The translations under genes were made by a program, and so were the position numbers. Below, piece after piece: positions 1 to 10,624 of a stretch of 64,000 nucleotides of DNA. The DNA is from Alphaproteobacteria bacterium (lineage in GTDB: Bacteria; Pseudomonadota; Alphaproteobacteria; UBA6615): the NCBI GenBank assembly GCA_965261975.1, contig CBDHEC010000051.1:146261-210260 (forward strand). The letters run 5' to 3'. The first letter of the stretch is position 1, and each line of letters begins with the position of its first letter. The notes beneath the pieces were generated by a model that was given only the letters and a program-made list of their open reading frames with translations, had not been told where the DNA came from and did no database searches.

Positions 1-32
1 CGTGGCGACGCAGACTAGCCGGAGTATTTCGA

Positions 33-509
33 ATGGACGAATACGTCGCGTTCTTCTGGGACATCGAGTTCTGGCACTGGTGGGCCTTCGCCGTCGTGCT
101 GATTTCGATTGAGGTTTTTGTCGCCTCCACGCTGTTGCTCTGGCCCGGCATATCCGCCGCTGTGCTCGGGTTCGTAGTGCTAGTTCGCCCCGATTTAGAC
201 TGGCGCTATCAGATGCTGTTATTCGCGGTCCTGGCCGTGGTCAGCACGGTGTTTTGGCTACGCTGGCTGCGCAAGCGTCCGATCAAGACCGATCACCCGA
301 ACCTGAACACCCGCGGGCGCAGCTATGTGGGCCGTCGTATTACCCTGTCAGAGCCCCTCAGTGACGGCCGCGGGCGGGTCCAGATCGACGACACATGGTG
401 GCAGGTGCGCGCTGACGGGCCACTCGACAAAGGTGTCGAGATCGAGGTGACCGACACCGATGGTGCGACCTTGCTTGTCCAGGCATTCGACACCCCGAAA
501 ACCGCCTGA
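33..509 (+). CDS. NfeD family membrane protein (YbbJ-like)
   Basis: Hydrophobic N-terminal helices (WHWWAFAVVLISIEVF) and an OB-fold-like C-terminus (GRGRVQIDDTWWQVR). Confidence 0.85.
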   Translation: MDEYVAFFWDIEFWHWWAFAVVLISIEVFVASTLLLWPGISAAVLGFVVLVRPDLDWRYQMLLFAVLAVVSTVFWLRWLRKRPIKTDHPNLNTRGRSYVGRRITLSEPLSDGRGRVQIDDTWWQVRADGPLDKGVEIEVTDTDGATLLVQAFDTPKTA

Positions 510-549
510 TTCAGCGCATTTTCACGATCGCGACACGGGTCGCGTTTCC

Positions 550-578
550 TTGCCCGAATCCGCTGTTTCGGGTAGTCT
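550..578 (+). promoter_or_regulatory. Putative sigma70 promoter of gyrA
   Basis: TTGCCC(550-555)-17 nt-TAGTCT(573-578); GANTC sites at 508, 556 and 599. Confidence 0.55.
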
Positions 579-655
579 CTGACGATGAAAATGCACCCGA
601 TTCGGCACCTTCGAAATCACTTGAATTTCGCGCCGTACAGCGTTGATAAAAAACG

Positions 656-3523
656 ATGAGTGACCAATCCGCAGGGCTTCCGCCGGACGGTTTTGATATC
701 GCCCCGGTGACCATCGAGGACGAGATGAAGTCCTCGTACCTCGATTACGCGATGAGCGTGATCGTATCGCGCGCCTTGCCCGATGTGCGCGACGGCCTGA
801 AACCGGTGCACAGGCGCATCCTGTACTCGATGAAAGAGTCCGGTTTCGAGTACAACCGGCCCTATCGAAAGTCGGCGCGTATCGTCGGCGAGGTCATGGG
901 TAAATATCACCCCCATGGCGACAGCGCGATCTACGACGCCATGGTGCGTATGGCGCAGGATTTCTCCATGCGCCTGGAACTGATCGACGGCCAGGGCAAT
1001 TTCGGCTCTATGGACGGCGATCGGGCCGCGGCCATGCGTTACACCGAAGCACGCATGTCGAAGGCCGCACATTCGCTGATCGCGGATATCGACCGGGATA
1101 CCGTCGATTTCCAGCCGAACTACGATGAAAGCATCAACGAACCGGTGGTTCTGCCGGCTCAGTACCCGAATTTGCTTGTCAACGGCGCCGGCGGCATCGC
1201 CGTGGGCATGGCGACCAACATTCCGCCCCATAACCTGGGCGAGGTGATCGACGCCTGCTGCCTGTATATCGACAACCCCGAAACAACCATCGATCAGATG
1301 CTCGAGGTGATGCACGGGCCGGATTTCCCGACCGGAGGCATCATTCTGGGCACCAGCGGCATCCGTGCGGCCTTCCACACCGGCCGCGGGTCGGTCGTGA
1401 TCAGGGCCAAGACAGCCTTTGAAGAGGTTCGCGCCGGGCGCAACGCCATCGTCGTCACCGAGATACCCTATCAGGTGAACAAGTCCCGGATGATCGAGCG
1501 CATCGCCGAGGTCGCCCAGGAAAAGATCATCGAGGGCATCTCCGACCTGCGCGACGAGAGCGATCGGGACGGGGTGCGGGTCGTCATCGAACTGAAGCGC
1601 AACGCCGAACCCGAGGTCATCCTCAATCAACTGTTCCGCTATACCCAGCTGCAATCCTCGTTCGGCGTGAACATGCTGGCGTTGAACGGCGGCCGGCCGG
1701 AGCTCCTCAACGTCAAGGAGATCATTGCCGCGTTCGTGGCCTTCCGTGAGGAGGTCATCACCCGGCGTACGATCTATGAATTGGCCCGCGCGCGCGATCG
1801 CGCGCATACGTTGGTCGGCCTGGCCGTCGCCGTGGCCAATCTGGACCCGGTGATCGAGCTGATCCGCGCGGCCAAGGACGCAAACGAAGCCCGCGAGCAG
1901 CTCTGCGGCAAGATGTGGCCCGCGAAGGACGTCGGACCGCTGATCACGTTGATCGACGAACCCGGGCGCGCGGTGGACGAGAAGGGCAACTACCAGCTGT
2001 CCGAAGAGCAGGCGAAAGCGATTCTGGAACTTCGCCTGCATCGCCTGACCGGGCTCGAGCGCGACAAGATCGCCAACGACCTCGTGGAGCTGGTCGAGCA
2101 GATCAAGGAATATCTCTCCATCCTCGACGACCGCGAGAAACTCTACGGGATCCTGCGCGACGAACTGCTGGCCATGCGCGAGGAATTCGCCGACCCGCGA
2201 CGCACCGAGATCATCGAGGGCGAGTTCGAGCAGGATATCGAAGCACTCATCCAGCGTGAGGACATGGTCGTGACCGTGACCCACAATGGCTACATTCAGC
2301 GGGTCCCGCTCTCGACCTATCGGGAGCAGAAACGCGGCGGCAAGGGCCGGGCAGGCATGAAGGCCCGCGATGAGGACTTCATCAGCTCGGTCTTCGTGCT
2401 CAACACCCACACGCCGGTGTTGTTCTTCTCGTCACGTGGCATGGTCTACAAGACGAAGGTCTACAACCTGCCCGTCGGCACGCCCCAGGGCCGCGGCAAG
2501 GCGCTGGTCAATGTGCTGCCGCTCGAGGAAGACGAGACCATCACGACCCTGATGCCGTTGCCGGAAGACGAGTCCGAGGCCGAGAATCTGTTCGTGATGT
2601 TCGCGACCGAAAGCGGCAATGTGCGACGCAACCGCCTGTCGGATTTCGTCCAGGTAAAATCCAACGGCAAGATTGCCATGAAGCTCGACGAGGGCGATCA
2701 ACTCGTCGGCGTGCAGCCTTGCGAGGATACCGATCACGTTCTGCTGGCGACCGCCAAGGCCAAGTCGATCCGCTTCGAGGCAACCGACGTACGCGTGTTT
2801 GCCGGCCGCAACTCGACGGGCGTTCGCGGTATTCGCCTGGGCCCGGACGATAACGTGATTTCGATGTCGATCCTGTCTCACGCGGAATTCTCCGTCGATG
2901 AGCGCGAGGCCTACCTCAAGCGCAGCCGCGCGGAACGGGCCGATGGCGACAGTGATGTGACTGCAGACGCACCCGCCGCCGACACAGACGACGGCGAGGC
3001 GAACGAGGCGCTCGTGCTTACCGACGAGCGTTACGCGGAGCTGGCCGCGCAGGAGCAGTTCATCCTCTCGGTGACGGCCAACGGCTTTGGCAAACGGACC
3101 TCGGCATACGAATATCGGATCACCAACCGGGGCGGACAGGGCGTGGTCAACATCACCTTGTCCGACGTCAAGGATAACGCAGTCGTCGCTTCGTTCCCGG
3201 TCGAGGAAGAAACGCAGCTCGTCATGGTCACGGACGGGGGGCAGCTCATCCGCACGGGTGTGGGCGACGTGCGTATCGCCGGTCGCTCCACACGCGGCGT
3301 GACATTGTTCCGTGTCGCCGATGATGAACGGGTTGTGACTGTCGCCCATTTGCGCGACGATGATGAGGAAGACGAGACGGATGAAAATACCGAACAAGAT
3401 GCCGAAAACGGCACGGCTCGGGAGAGCGAGACGCCAGACGTAGAGACCGGCGAAGTGTCGGAGAACGACGATGCAGCCGGCAGCGACGAAACGGCGCTCG
3501 AGGATGAAAATGGCGAAGACTGA
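656..3523 (+). CDS. gyrA: DNA gyrase subunit A
   Basis: [22 protein letters not shown] catalytic Tyr, GyrA-box QKRGGKG, acidic C-terminal tail. Confidence 0.99.
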   Translation: MSDQSAGLPPDGFDIAPVTIEDEMKSSYLDYAMSVIVSRALPDVRDGLKPVHRRILYSMKESGFEYNRPYRKSARIVGEVMGKYHPHGDSAIYDAMVRMAQDFSMRLELIDGQGNFGSMDGDRAAAMRYTEARMSKAAHSLIADIDRDTVDFQPNYDESINEPVVLPAQYPNLLVNGAGGIAVGMATNIPPHNLGEVIDACCLYIDNPETTIDQMLEVMHGPDFPTGGIILGTSGIRAAFHTGRGSVVIRAKTAFEEVRAGRNAIVVTEIPYQVNKSRMIERIAEVAQEKIIEGISDLRDESDRDGVRVVIELKRNAEPEVILNQLFRYTQLQSSFGVNMLALNGGRPELLNVKEIIAAFVAFREEVITRRTIYELARARDRAHTLVGLAVAVANLDPVIELIRAAKDANEAREQLCGKMWPAKDVGPLITLIDEPGRAVDEKGNYQLSEEQAKAILELRLHRLTGLERDKIANDLVELVEQIKEYLSILDDREKLYGILRDELLAMREEFADPRRTEIIEGEFEQDIEALIQREDMVVTVTHNGYIQRVPLSTYREQKRGGKGRAGMKARDEDFISSVFVLNTHTPVLFFSSRGMVYKTKVYNLPVGTPQGRGKALVNVLPLEEDETITTLMPLPEDESEAENLFVMFATESGNVRRNRLSDFVQVKSNGKIAMKLDEGDQLVGVQPCEDTDHVLLATAKAKSIRFEATDVRVFAGRNSTGVRGIRLGPDDNVISMSILSHAEFSVDEREAYLKRSRAERADGDSDVTADAPAADTDDGEANEALVLTDERYAELAAQEQFILSVTANGFGKRTSAYEYRITNRGGQGVVNITLSDVKDNAVVASFPVEEETQLVMVTDGGQLIRTGVGDVRIAGRSTRGVTLFRVADDERVVTVAHLRDDDEEDETDENTEQDAENGTARESETPDVETGEVSENDDAAGSDETALEDENGED

Positions 3524-4040
3524 ACGCGTCGGGGTCTACCCCGGCACCTTTGACCCGACCACGAACGGGCATATGGACATCATCAAGCGGGGCGCACGGG
3601 TGCTCGACCGGTTGGTGATCGGCGTTGCCGTGAATGCCGGGAAGGGACCTCTGTTTTCGCTCGACGAGCGTGTGGAGATGGTGCGCGATGAGGTTGCCTC
3701 GATCGACGACCCGAAGATTGGCACAATCGACGTAAAGCCCTTCGATTCACTTTTGATGCAGTTTGCCGAAGCGGAGAATGCCGACTGCATCCTGCGCGGC
3801 CTGCGCGCGGTCTCGGACTTCGACTATGAATTCCAGATGGCCGGCATGAACGCCCGCCTTAATGCTGACATAGAGATTTTGTTTTTGATGGCCTCGGAAC
3901 GACACCAGTTCATCGCCTCTCGCCTGGTCAAGGAGATCGCGGCACTCGGCGGTGATATCTCCAGTTTCGTTTCGCCCACCGTTGCCCGGCGTGTGAATGA
4001 ACGCTTCGGGCGGCTCGACCTGCAGGCCGTCAACGAGTAA
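3510..4040 (+). CDS. coaD: Phosphopantetheine adenylyltransferase
   Basis: [12 protein letters not shown] and [12 protein letters not shown] motifs; overlaps the gyrA stop; start is 3504 or 3510. Confidence 0.97.
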   Translation: MAKTERVGVYPGTFDPTTNGHMDIIKRGARVLDRLVIGVAVNAGKGPLFSLDERVEMVRDEVASIDDPKIGTIDVKPFDSLLMQFAEAENADCILRGLRAVSDFDYEFQMAGMNARLNADIEILFLMASERHQFIASRLVKEIAALGGDISSFVSPTVARRVNERFGRLDLQAVNE

Positions 4041-4046
4041 ACACCC

Positions 4047-4631
4047 ATGATGAAACGTCGAATCTTTCTGGCCGCGCTGGTTGCAGCGTTCGGCTTTTTC
4101 ACAACGGACGGGTTTGTGCCCCATGCGGCCCAGGCTCAAAAAAGTGCACAGGAGCGTGACTTGGAAAATACTCTCTACATCGATCTCGAAGGCGGACGCG
4201 TCACGATCGAGCTGTTGCCCGACGTCGCCCCCAATCATGTTGCGCGCATCAAGGAACTCGCCCGCGCGGGTTTCTATGACGGCATTGTCTTTCACCGCGT
4301 GATCGACGGCTTCATGGCCCAGACGGGCGACCCGACCGGCACCGGCACGGGTGGTTCCGAGCTCCCCGACCTGGAGGCGGAGTTCTCCGACGTCAATCAC
4401 GGCCGCGGTGCTGTCTCGATGGCCCGCGCGCAAAACCCGAACAGCGCCAACAGCCAGTTTTTCATCGTCTTCGATGACGCCTCGTTCCTCGATGGCCAGT
4501 ACACCGTCTGGGGACAGGTGACCGACGGCATGGAACATGTCGACGCGATAAAGCGCGGCGAGGGGTCGAGCGGCGCCGTTCAGGACCCGGACAAGATGAT
4601 CAAGGTCCAGGTCGCAGCCGACGCGCAGTAA
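4047..4631 (+). CDS. Cyclophilin-type peptidyl-prolyl cis-trans isomerase, exported
   Basis: FHRVIDGFMAQTGDP, SANSQFFI and LDGQYTVWG motifs; N-terminal signal peptide. Confidence 0.95.
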   Translation: MMKRRIFLAALVAAFGFFTTDGFVPHAAQAQKSAQERDLENTLYIDLEGGRVTIELLPDVAPNHVARIKELARAGFYDGIVFHRVIDGFMAQTGDPTGTGTGGSELPDLEAEFSDVNHGRGAVSMARAQNPNSANSQFFIVFDDASFLDGQYTVWGQVTDGMEHVDAIKRGEGSSGAVQDPDKMIKVQVAADAQ

Positions 4632-4669
4632 GGGTCGGCAAACAAGTCCGAAAACACGCGCGTCGGGCA

Positions 4670-4698
4670 TTGACCCGGCGCGTGTCGGTTTCTAAATA
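4670..4698 (+). promoter_or_regulatory. Putative sigma70 promoter of tRNA-Lys
   Basis: TTGACC-17 nt-TAAATA, 50 nt upstream of the tRNA; the -35 lies in the loop region of a hairpin (about 4654-4685). Confidence 0.6.
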
Positions 4699-4748
4699 GA
4701 CGCATTCCGCACCTCGCTGCCCAATTCCAATGGCCGCGTGTGCCGTGT

Positions 4749-4824
4749 GGGCACTTAGCTCAGTTGGTAGAGCATTCGACTTTTAATCGAACGGTCGTAG
4801 GTTCGAATCCTACAGTGCCCACCA
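4749..4824 (+). tRNA. tRNA-Lys (anticodon UUU)
   Basis: Acceptor GGGCACT/AGTGCCC, anticodon arm TTCGA-CTTTTAA-TCGAA, GTTCGAATC T-loop, encoded CCA, 76 nt. Confidence 0.98.
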
Positions 4825-4924
4825 TTTTCCCATGCCAGGTCTTACTCGGGGCAGGTGCGCCGAACACGAAAATGCGGAAGCATTTTCCGTCGGGTTATGC
4901 CCTACTCAGGCTCCAGGGAACCGA

Positions 4925-5542
4925 ATGCCACGCAAAGACAAAGCAGCCCGATCAAACAAGCTGATCTGTGATTTCACGGGTGGGGCGGTGCGCCATCGGT
5001 TTCGGTTTGGCGGTGGCCGTGGCCAGGCCTTGCCCAAGGCTGTCGGGATGAAGGGCGGCAACACCCCGGCCGTGGTGGATGCCACCGCCGGTCTCGGCCG
5101 GGATGCCTTCCTGCTGGCATCGCTGGGCGCGAACGTCACGCTGATCGAACGATCTCCGGAAATGCACAACCTGTTGGCCGAAGGCATGGAACGTGCTCGA
5201 AAGGCGGGCGGTGACGTCGCTGACGTCATCACCCGCATGACCTTGCTTCACGGGGACGCACGGGATCTGCTCGCCGGCCTCGCCCCGGAAGTGGTGCTGG
5301 TCGACCCTATGCACCCCCCGCGCAGTAAATCCGCACTCGTGAAGAATGAAATGCGCCTGATCCGCGAGATCGTTGGCACGGACGAGGATTCGGCCGACCT
5401 CATGAGTGAAGCCTTGGCCACCGCCAGCAAGCGGGTGGTGCTGAAGTGGCCGCTGCGGGCCGAGCCGATGGACGGCCTCCGGGCCCCGTCACATCAGATC
5501 AAGGGTAAATCCACCCGCTACGACGTGTACATGCTCGGCTGA
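4925..5542 (+). CDS. rsmJ: 16S rRNA m2G1516 methyltransferase (RsmJ-like)
   Basis: VVDATAGLGRDAFLLASLG, DPMHP..KSALVKNEMR and STRYDVY motifs. Confidence 0.85.
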   Translation: MPRKDKAARSNKLICDFTGGAVRHRFRFGGGRGQALPKAVGMKGGNTPAVVDATAGLGRDAFLLASLGANVTLIERSPEMHNLLAEGMERARKAGGDVADVITRMTLLHGDARDLLAGLAPEVVLVDPMHPPRSKSALVKNEMRLIREIVGTDEDSADLMSEALATASKRVVLKWPLRAEPMDGLRAPSHQIKGKSTRYDVYMLG

Positions 5543-5594
5543 CGGCGTGTTGGGTAACGCCACGCGCAGGGCCAACGGCACAATACGTATCAGG

Positions 5595-6839
5595 TTATGC
5601 AAAGGCCGGCCGCAGGTTGCGGGTGCGTAAGATCAGCCCCACGATGATGGCGAGATTGGCCAGATTGAACCCGACACCAATGAGAAACGCGAGCTGGTAA
5701 CTGCCGGTCTGATCGAAAACGTGCCCGCCGAGCCACGAGCCCAGGGCCATGCCCCCACCGGCACAAAGCAGAACGAGGCCGGTCCGCCGCCCGGCCTCGG
5801 CGGCAGGCAGGAGCTCACGCACGATCACCGGATAGCAAGGCAGAATGCCGCCGTAACCGAGGCCGAACAGCGCAGCGGCCAAGTAGACCGTCGACAGGTT
5901 GTCGACAAAGGCGAGGACGAACAGCAACGTCGCCTGGGTCGCGGAAAACAGAAAAATCGCCCGCAACCCGCCATAGCGTCCACCAAGAAACCCGACTCCG
6001 AAGAAGCTTGCCAGCGCTGAACAGCCGAGCATGACCGACAACACCTCCGCGCCGCGTGCGGGATCGTATCCGAGGTCACTGACATGGCTGACGATATGGG
6101 CGAGGGGCAGCGACATCGCCACGCAGCATCCGATCGATGCGGTCGAAAGCAGTGCCTGGATCGTGCGCGGTGCCAGCGGTGCGCGCACGGACGCAACATC
6201 TCCGCCCCGCGAGGCGTGGTATGGACCAGAGTGTTTCGAAGCGGGAGGCCGCTGCCGCAAGATCAACGCCAGGGGCAACATCGTGCCGAGTGCGAACAGG
6301 CCATAGAGCAAAGCCGTCTGGCGCCAGCCGACGGCGGCGATCAGATAGTGGAACACCTGCGGCCACATCAGGCCTGCCAGCCCCTGACCGGACCCGACGA
6401 CACCCACGGCGAGGCTGCGATTGTGCTCGAACCAGCGCGTGATGTTTGCCGTCAGCGGCGCGAACAGGCTTGAGCGGCCAAAGAAGCCGAGCATGACCCC
6501 GTAGATGAAGAACAGCTCCCACTGGGTTTGGACGAAGCTGGTCAGGATCGCGCCAAGTCCAACCATCGTGGCCCCGATGAAGGCGGGCAGCATCATCCCG
6601 CGGCGGTCGAGCAGCCAGCCCATGAAAATACCGCCGATTCCCGCGCCGCCATATTGCAGGGCATAGGCAATCGACGGCACAGCGCGCGGCCAGGCAAACT
6701 CGGCGCTGATCTGCTTCAGGGCGACGACGATGAAATAAATGCTGCCGGTGCCGATCAGCATGAACAGCAGCGACGCAATCAGCACGATGCTCCGTTGCCG
6801 AACCGCCGGTTGCCTCAGTGCCCCGAGAATGTCCGTCAT
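5595..6839 (-). CDS. MFS transporter
   Basis: About 12 hydrophobic segments; motif A-like GWLLDRRG. Confidence 0.9.
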   Translation of the reverse strand: MTDILGALRQPAVRQRSIVLIASLLFMLIGTGSIYFIVVALKQISAEFAWPRAVPSIAYALQYGGAGIGGIFMGWLLDRRGMMLPAFIGATMVGLGAILTSFVQTQWELFFIYGVMLGFFGRSSLFAPLTANITRWFEHNRSLAVGVVGSGQGLAGLMWPQVFHYLIAAVGWRQTALLYGLFALGTMLPLALILRQRPPASKHSGPYHASRGGDVASVRAPLAPRTIQALLSTASIGCCVAMSLPLAHIVSHVSDLGYDPARGAEVLSVMLGCSALASFFGVGFLGGRYGGLRAIFLFSATQATLLFVLAFVDNLSTVYLAAALFGLGYGGILPCYPVIVRELLPAAEAGRRTGLVLLCAGGGMALGSWLGGHVFDQTGSYQLAFLIGVGFNLANLAIIVGLILRTRNLRPAFA

Positions 6840-7125
6840 GATTCGTCCCCTTCAAAGACGGACAATAGCCGGTCTCTCGCCAGGGCCGGGGAACATTCGA
6901 CGGGTGCCATGTTGCCTTGATGCCTTGGGCCAGGTGGTGGAATGGGGATCAGAAACACACGGAGATTTGGTGGATATCAACGAGGGGACCGCATTCAGGC
7001 ACAGTCCGAAGCCGATCCTTAGCCGGCGCGTATCCGCAAGATGAAATGAAACGTATACGCGTTGCAGTTGCCTCGCGGGGCAGTGCGGTTGCGCTTCGAC
7101 GTACCACCCCGTCGAAGTGCCCTGA

Positions 7126-8133
7126 TCAGGCACTCAGCTCCTTTTCCCAGGCGACGCGCATCTCGACGAGGCGCGTGGGCGGTGACACGAGCAACGCGCG
7201 CGCGACCCTGCGCACCCGGTCCCGTTGATCATCCTCGGTGACGTACTCGACAGGCGACTTTCCGTCCACCCGCGCCAGAAACAGCCCCGGCAGGAGGCTC
7301 GCCGTCCGAGCTTCCATCTCGTCGGGCGATTCCCAATCCACACCGGCCAGGTAGGCGTTCGTCATCGCATCGAAGCAGTCGAGGAAGTCGGGCCTGGCTG
7401 CCGGCGTCCAAAGGCACTTCAGCAGATAATGGTTGAGGCAGAAGGCCAGATCGAATGCCGGGTCGCCGATGCAGGCACATTCCGCATCGAGAAACACCGG
7501 TCCATCGGGCCCGACCAGAATATTCTTGGGACTAACGTCGCCGTGGATCATCGCCAGGCGGGTCACATGGGTCCGATCGCTCAAGGTATGGAGTACGTCG
7601 TGCAGATCGGGGTGCGGGCCCGCAGTCGCCTCGAGATAAGGTTCGAGGCGGATGGCGTGGAAAATGTCGTTCCGCGGGAAGGTTTCCTTTAGCTCCTCGC
7701 GCCCGGCAGTACCGGCATGTATCGCCGCGAGGCGGCGGCCAACTTCCGCGGCGATTTCCGGGTCGGCACGTCCGTCGCGCAGTTCATTCTTGTAGAGCTT
7801 GAACTCCGACGGATCGAGAAACTCCATGGCGAACAGCATGGCGTCTTCGTCATGCGCTAACACTTTCGGCGCAGCTCCCGGGATGATGCCGTCCGCGATC
7901 CGATACCAGTCGACCTCGAAGCGGTTGCGCTCTACCGGGACCTGCCACTCGACCTCGACGGCGAGCTGGGGCAGGGCGCGTTTCACACAGAAACTGCGGT
8001 CGGGTCCCGTCACCTTCCAGATATCCGACGAAATCCCGCCCGTGAGACGCTCGAAGGCGGCAGAATCGTCGATCAGATTTGCCGCACGCAGCGACGCAAC
8101 AAGCTCGCCATCCGGTTGCGGGGATTCACTCAC
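7126..8133 (-). CDS. Aminoglycoside phosphotransferase/methylthioribose kinase family small-molecule kinase
   Basis: LTGGISSDIW P-loop, VKRAL, HGDVSPKNIL Brenner motif, LDAECA..GDPAFD. Confidence 0.85.
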   Translation of the reverse strand: MSESPQPDGELVASLRAANLIDDSAAFERLTGGISSDIWKVTGPDRSFCVKRALPQLAVEVEWQVPVERNRFEVDWYRIADGIIPGAAPKVLAHDEDAMLFAMEFLDPSEFKLYKNELRDGRADPEIAAEVGRRLAAIHAGTAGREELKETFPRNDIFHAIRLEPYLEATAGPHPDLHDVLHTLSDRTHVTRLAMIHGDVSPKNILVGPDGPVFLDAECACIGDPAFDLAFCLNHYLLKCLWTPAARPDFLDCFDAMTNAYLAGVDWESPDEMEARTASLLPGLFLARVDGKSPVEYVTEDDQRDRVRRVARALLVSPPTRLVEMRVAWEKELSA

Positions 8134-9002
8134 GCCTTGCCCTCATAGACCTCGATGACCCGTGTCGCGTCGTCTTTCGCCCAGCCGGCATCGGCGGCAC
8201 GCTGGAACATGGCGCGGGCAGCGGGCACGACGGCGAGGTCAATGCCGTTGTCTTTCGCAAGGTCGATGGCGATGCCCATGTCCTTGACGAAGATCTCGAC
8301 CGCCCCCCGGGCCGTGAAGTCACGTTCGGTGAGGGGGCCGATGGACATGTCCAGCATTTTGCCCTGCACCGACCCCTTCGGCAGACAATGGGCCATCGCT
8401 GCGTGAGACAGGCCGGCGCGTTCGCCGGTGATGATAACCTCGGCCAGCAGCGCCGTGCTCGCATTGACGAACAGGTTGGTCACAACCTTCATCACCGCGC
8501 CCGTACCCGACGCACCGGTGTGGGTCGCGTCAGCCGACAGGCTGGTCAGAATGGGTTCGACACGTGCGAATCCCGCGTCGCTCCCACCGACCATGAAGGT
8601 GATCGAACGGTCATCGACCTGCGGCGTGGAGCCGGAAATCGGCGCGTCGAGCATGTCGATGCCCTGTGCGGCAAGCTTGGCGCACAAATCCTTGCTGTAG
8701 GACGGCGGCATGGTGCTCATCTCCACATGGATGAGATCGGTCTTGCCCGCCTTGTTGATGCCGTCGGGGCCGAACAGGTTTTCCTCGATATGCTCGGGCT
8801 TCAACAGAATGGAGAAGGTGATGTCACTGGCATCGGCGACTTCACGGGCGTTCGCACAAGGCGTACCGCCTGCGGCAGCCAGCATGTCCATACGCGCGGA
8901 GTCGATGTCGTAACCAGACACGTCGTGGCCATCGGCCATCATCTCCCGTGCCAGTGCCAGGCCCATCTTCCCCAGCCCGATCATTCCCAGCTTTTCACCC
9001 AT
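8130..9002 (-). CDS. NAD(P)-dependent beta-hydroxyacid dehydrogenase (3-hydroxyisobutyrate dehydrogenase family)
   Basis: IGLGKMG Rossmann motif, DAPISG, catalytic Lys in AVMKVVTN, FVKDMGIA; GGAGAGG RBS. Confidence 0.9.
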   Translation of the reverse strand: MGEKLGMIGLGKMGLALAREMMADGHDVSGYDIDSARMDMLAAAGGTPCANAREVADASDITFSILLKPEHIEENLFGPDGINKAGKTDLIHVEMSTMPPSYSKDLCAKLAAQGIDMLDAPISGSTPQVDDRSITFMVGGSDAGFARVEPILTSLSADATHTGASGTGAVMKVVTNLFVNASTALLAEVIITGERAGLSHAAMAHCLPKGSVQGKMLDMSIGPLTERDFTARGAVEIFVKDMGIAIDLAKDNGIDLAVVPAARAMFQRAADAGWAKDDATRVIEVYEGKA

Positions 9003-9108
9003 CGTTTGCCTCTCCAAAAATCATCACCTGCGCTCGAACTCGCGACACAAATATACCGGAGATGCCTCCAACTTTAAGCATTCGGTAGCCTGCAAATTTC
9101 TGATTTCC

Positions 9109-9136
9109 TTGACAAATCGCTGATGTGGGCCCACAT
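9109..9136 (+). promoter_or_regulatory. Putative rhlE promoter with overlapping 14-bp palindrome
   Basis: TTGACA at 9109-9114; perfect palindrome ATGTGGGCCCACAT at 9123-9136. Confidence 0.5.
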
Positions 9137-9307
9137 AGCGCCCATCAGTTGTCTCGCGATTGCGCGAAGCGCCGCACCTAGCCGGCGCATATCTTGAGAA
9201 TAACAATCAAGAAATAGAGCCGATCCGGCCGCGCCCGGAAGCGGCAGAACGCCAAGGCGAACCTGCGTCGATCATTCGACCGGGCCTGTGGCGATAAAGG
9301 AATTCAA

Positions 9308-10576
9308 GTGAACGATATTAAGTTTACGGATCTCGGCCTGGCCGATCCGATCCTGCGGGCATTGGCTGACCGCAACCACGATACCCCGACGCCGATCCAG
9401 GCCCAGGCCATTCCCCGACTTCTCGAAGACGTCGACCTCCTGGGCGTCGCGCAGACGGGTACCGGCAAGACCGGCGCCTTCGCGCTGCCGATCCTGCATG
9501 TATTGTCGCGCGGCCACGGTGACGGAAAGCGCAGCCATCCGCGCGCGCTTGTCCTGGCACCGACCCGCGAGCTGGCTATCCAGATTGGTGACGATTTCCA
9601 TGCCTATGGCAAATATCTGCATCTACGCCACGTCGTGATTTTCGGTGGTGTCTCGCAGCACGCCCAGGTCACCAAGTTGCGCCGTGGAGTCGACGTGGTC
9701 GTCGCCACACCGGGACGTTTGCTCGACCTGATGGAGCAGGGGCATGTGAACCTCAAGCATGTGGAACATCTCGTCCTCGATGAGGCCGACCGCATGCTCG
9801 ACATGGGTTTTATCCGCGATGTGCGGAAAATTCTCGCCAAGCTGCCGGAAGACCGTCAGTCACTGCTGTTCTCGGCCACCATGCCGGCGGAAGTCGTGAA
9901 ACTGTCTCACGACATGCTCTACGAGCCAGAGCGGATCGATATCGCGCCCAAGACGATCACGGTCGATGCGATCCGCCAGTCCGTGCACTTCGTCAATGCC
10001 AAGGAGAAGCAGAGTCTCTTGCGTGAACTCCTGGCCGACAAGGACATGAAGCGCGTGATTATCTTCACCCGCACCAAGCACCGGGCCAACCGGGTCTCCG
10101 ACAATCTGGTGAAAGCAGGAATCCAATCTGCCGCCATTCACGGCAACAAGTCCCAGGCCGCGCGCCAGAGGGCGCTGGATGCGTTTCGCAAGGGCCAGGT
10201 CCGGGTTCTGGTCGCCACTGACATCGCCGCCCGCGGCATCGATGTGAAGGATGTCACCCATGTGATCAACTTCGAGATGCCGGGTGACGCCGAAAGTTAT
10301 GTGCACCGAATTGGCCGCACGGCGCGGGCCGGTACCCAAGGCGTGGCCCTGTCGTTCTGCGACGATACCGAGTACGGTGAACTCAAGGATATTGAGAAGC
10401 TGATCGGTCGACCCGTTGAGACCGCCAGCGGCGAACGCCCGCAGCGTGCTGCGGCGAAAGCACCCAGGGGCGGCCGTCAGGGCAAGTGGGCCGGCAACAA
10501 GGGCGGACAGGGTCGTTCGGGAGGTCAGAAAAGACGTTCCGGTCGCAACCGCCGGCCAACCCGGCGCGCGGCCTGA
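9308..10576 (+). CDS. rhlE: DEAD-box ATP-dependent RNA helicase (RhlE-like)
   Basis: AQTGTGKT, PTRELA, DEAD, SAT and HRIGRTAR motifs; basic Gly/Arg tail. Confidence 0.92.
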   Translation: MNDIKFTDLGLADPILRALADRNHDTPTPIQAQAIPRLLEDVDLLGVAQTGTGKTGAFALPILHVLSRGHGDGKRSHPRALVLAPTRELAIQIGDDFHAYGKYLHLRHVVIFGGVSQHAQVTKLRRGVDVVVATPGRLLDLMEQGHVNLKHVEHLVLDEADRMLDMGFIRDVRKILAKLPEDRQSLLFSATMPAEVVKLSHDMLYEPERIDIAPKTITVDAIRQSVHFVNAKEKQSLLRELLADKDMKRVIIFTRTKHRANRVSDNLVKAGIQSAAIHGNKSQAARQRALDAFRKGQVRVLVATDIAARGIDVKDVTHVINFEMPGDAESYVHRIGRTARAGTQGVALSFCDDTEYGELKDIEKLIGRPVETASGERPQRAAAKAPRGGRQGKWAGNKGGQGRSGGQKRRSGRNRRPTRRAA

Positions 10577-10624
10577 CCTTGATCGAACCGCACATCGTTC
10601 ATTCGTTCTGAAGGAGAAATAAGC

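Noticed and set aside
617-2410. 597-aa ORF antisense to gyrA, and the many other long antisense or alternate-frame ORFs
   Set aside because: Shadow ORFs expected in high-GC coding DNA; no motifs, and they fully overlap well-supported genes
2870-3523. Acidic insertion and long acidic tail in GyrA as an intein or fusion; quinolone-resistance alleles
   Set aside because: No intein motifs; such an insert and tail are usual in alphaproteobacterial GyrA; the QRDR has wild-type Ser and Asp
6840-7125. 286-bp gap with a hairpin at 7091-7120 as ncRNA or riboswitch
   Set aside because: No recognisable Rfam-type motif and no U-tract; the overlapping short ORFs lack protein-like features
7126-8133. Aminoglycoside resistance gene (and vanZ at 12162-12539 as glycopeptide resistance)
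   Set aside because: Fold-level family names only; context and motifs fit metabolic or housekeeping members
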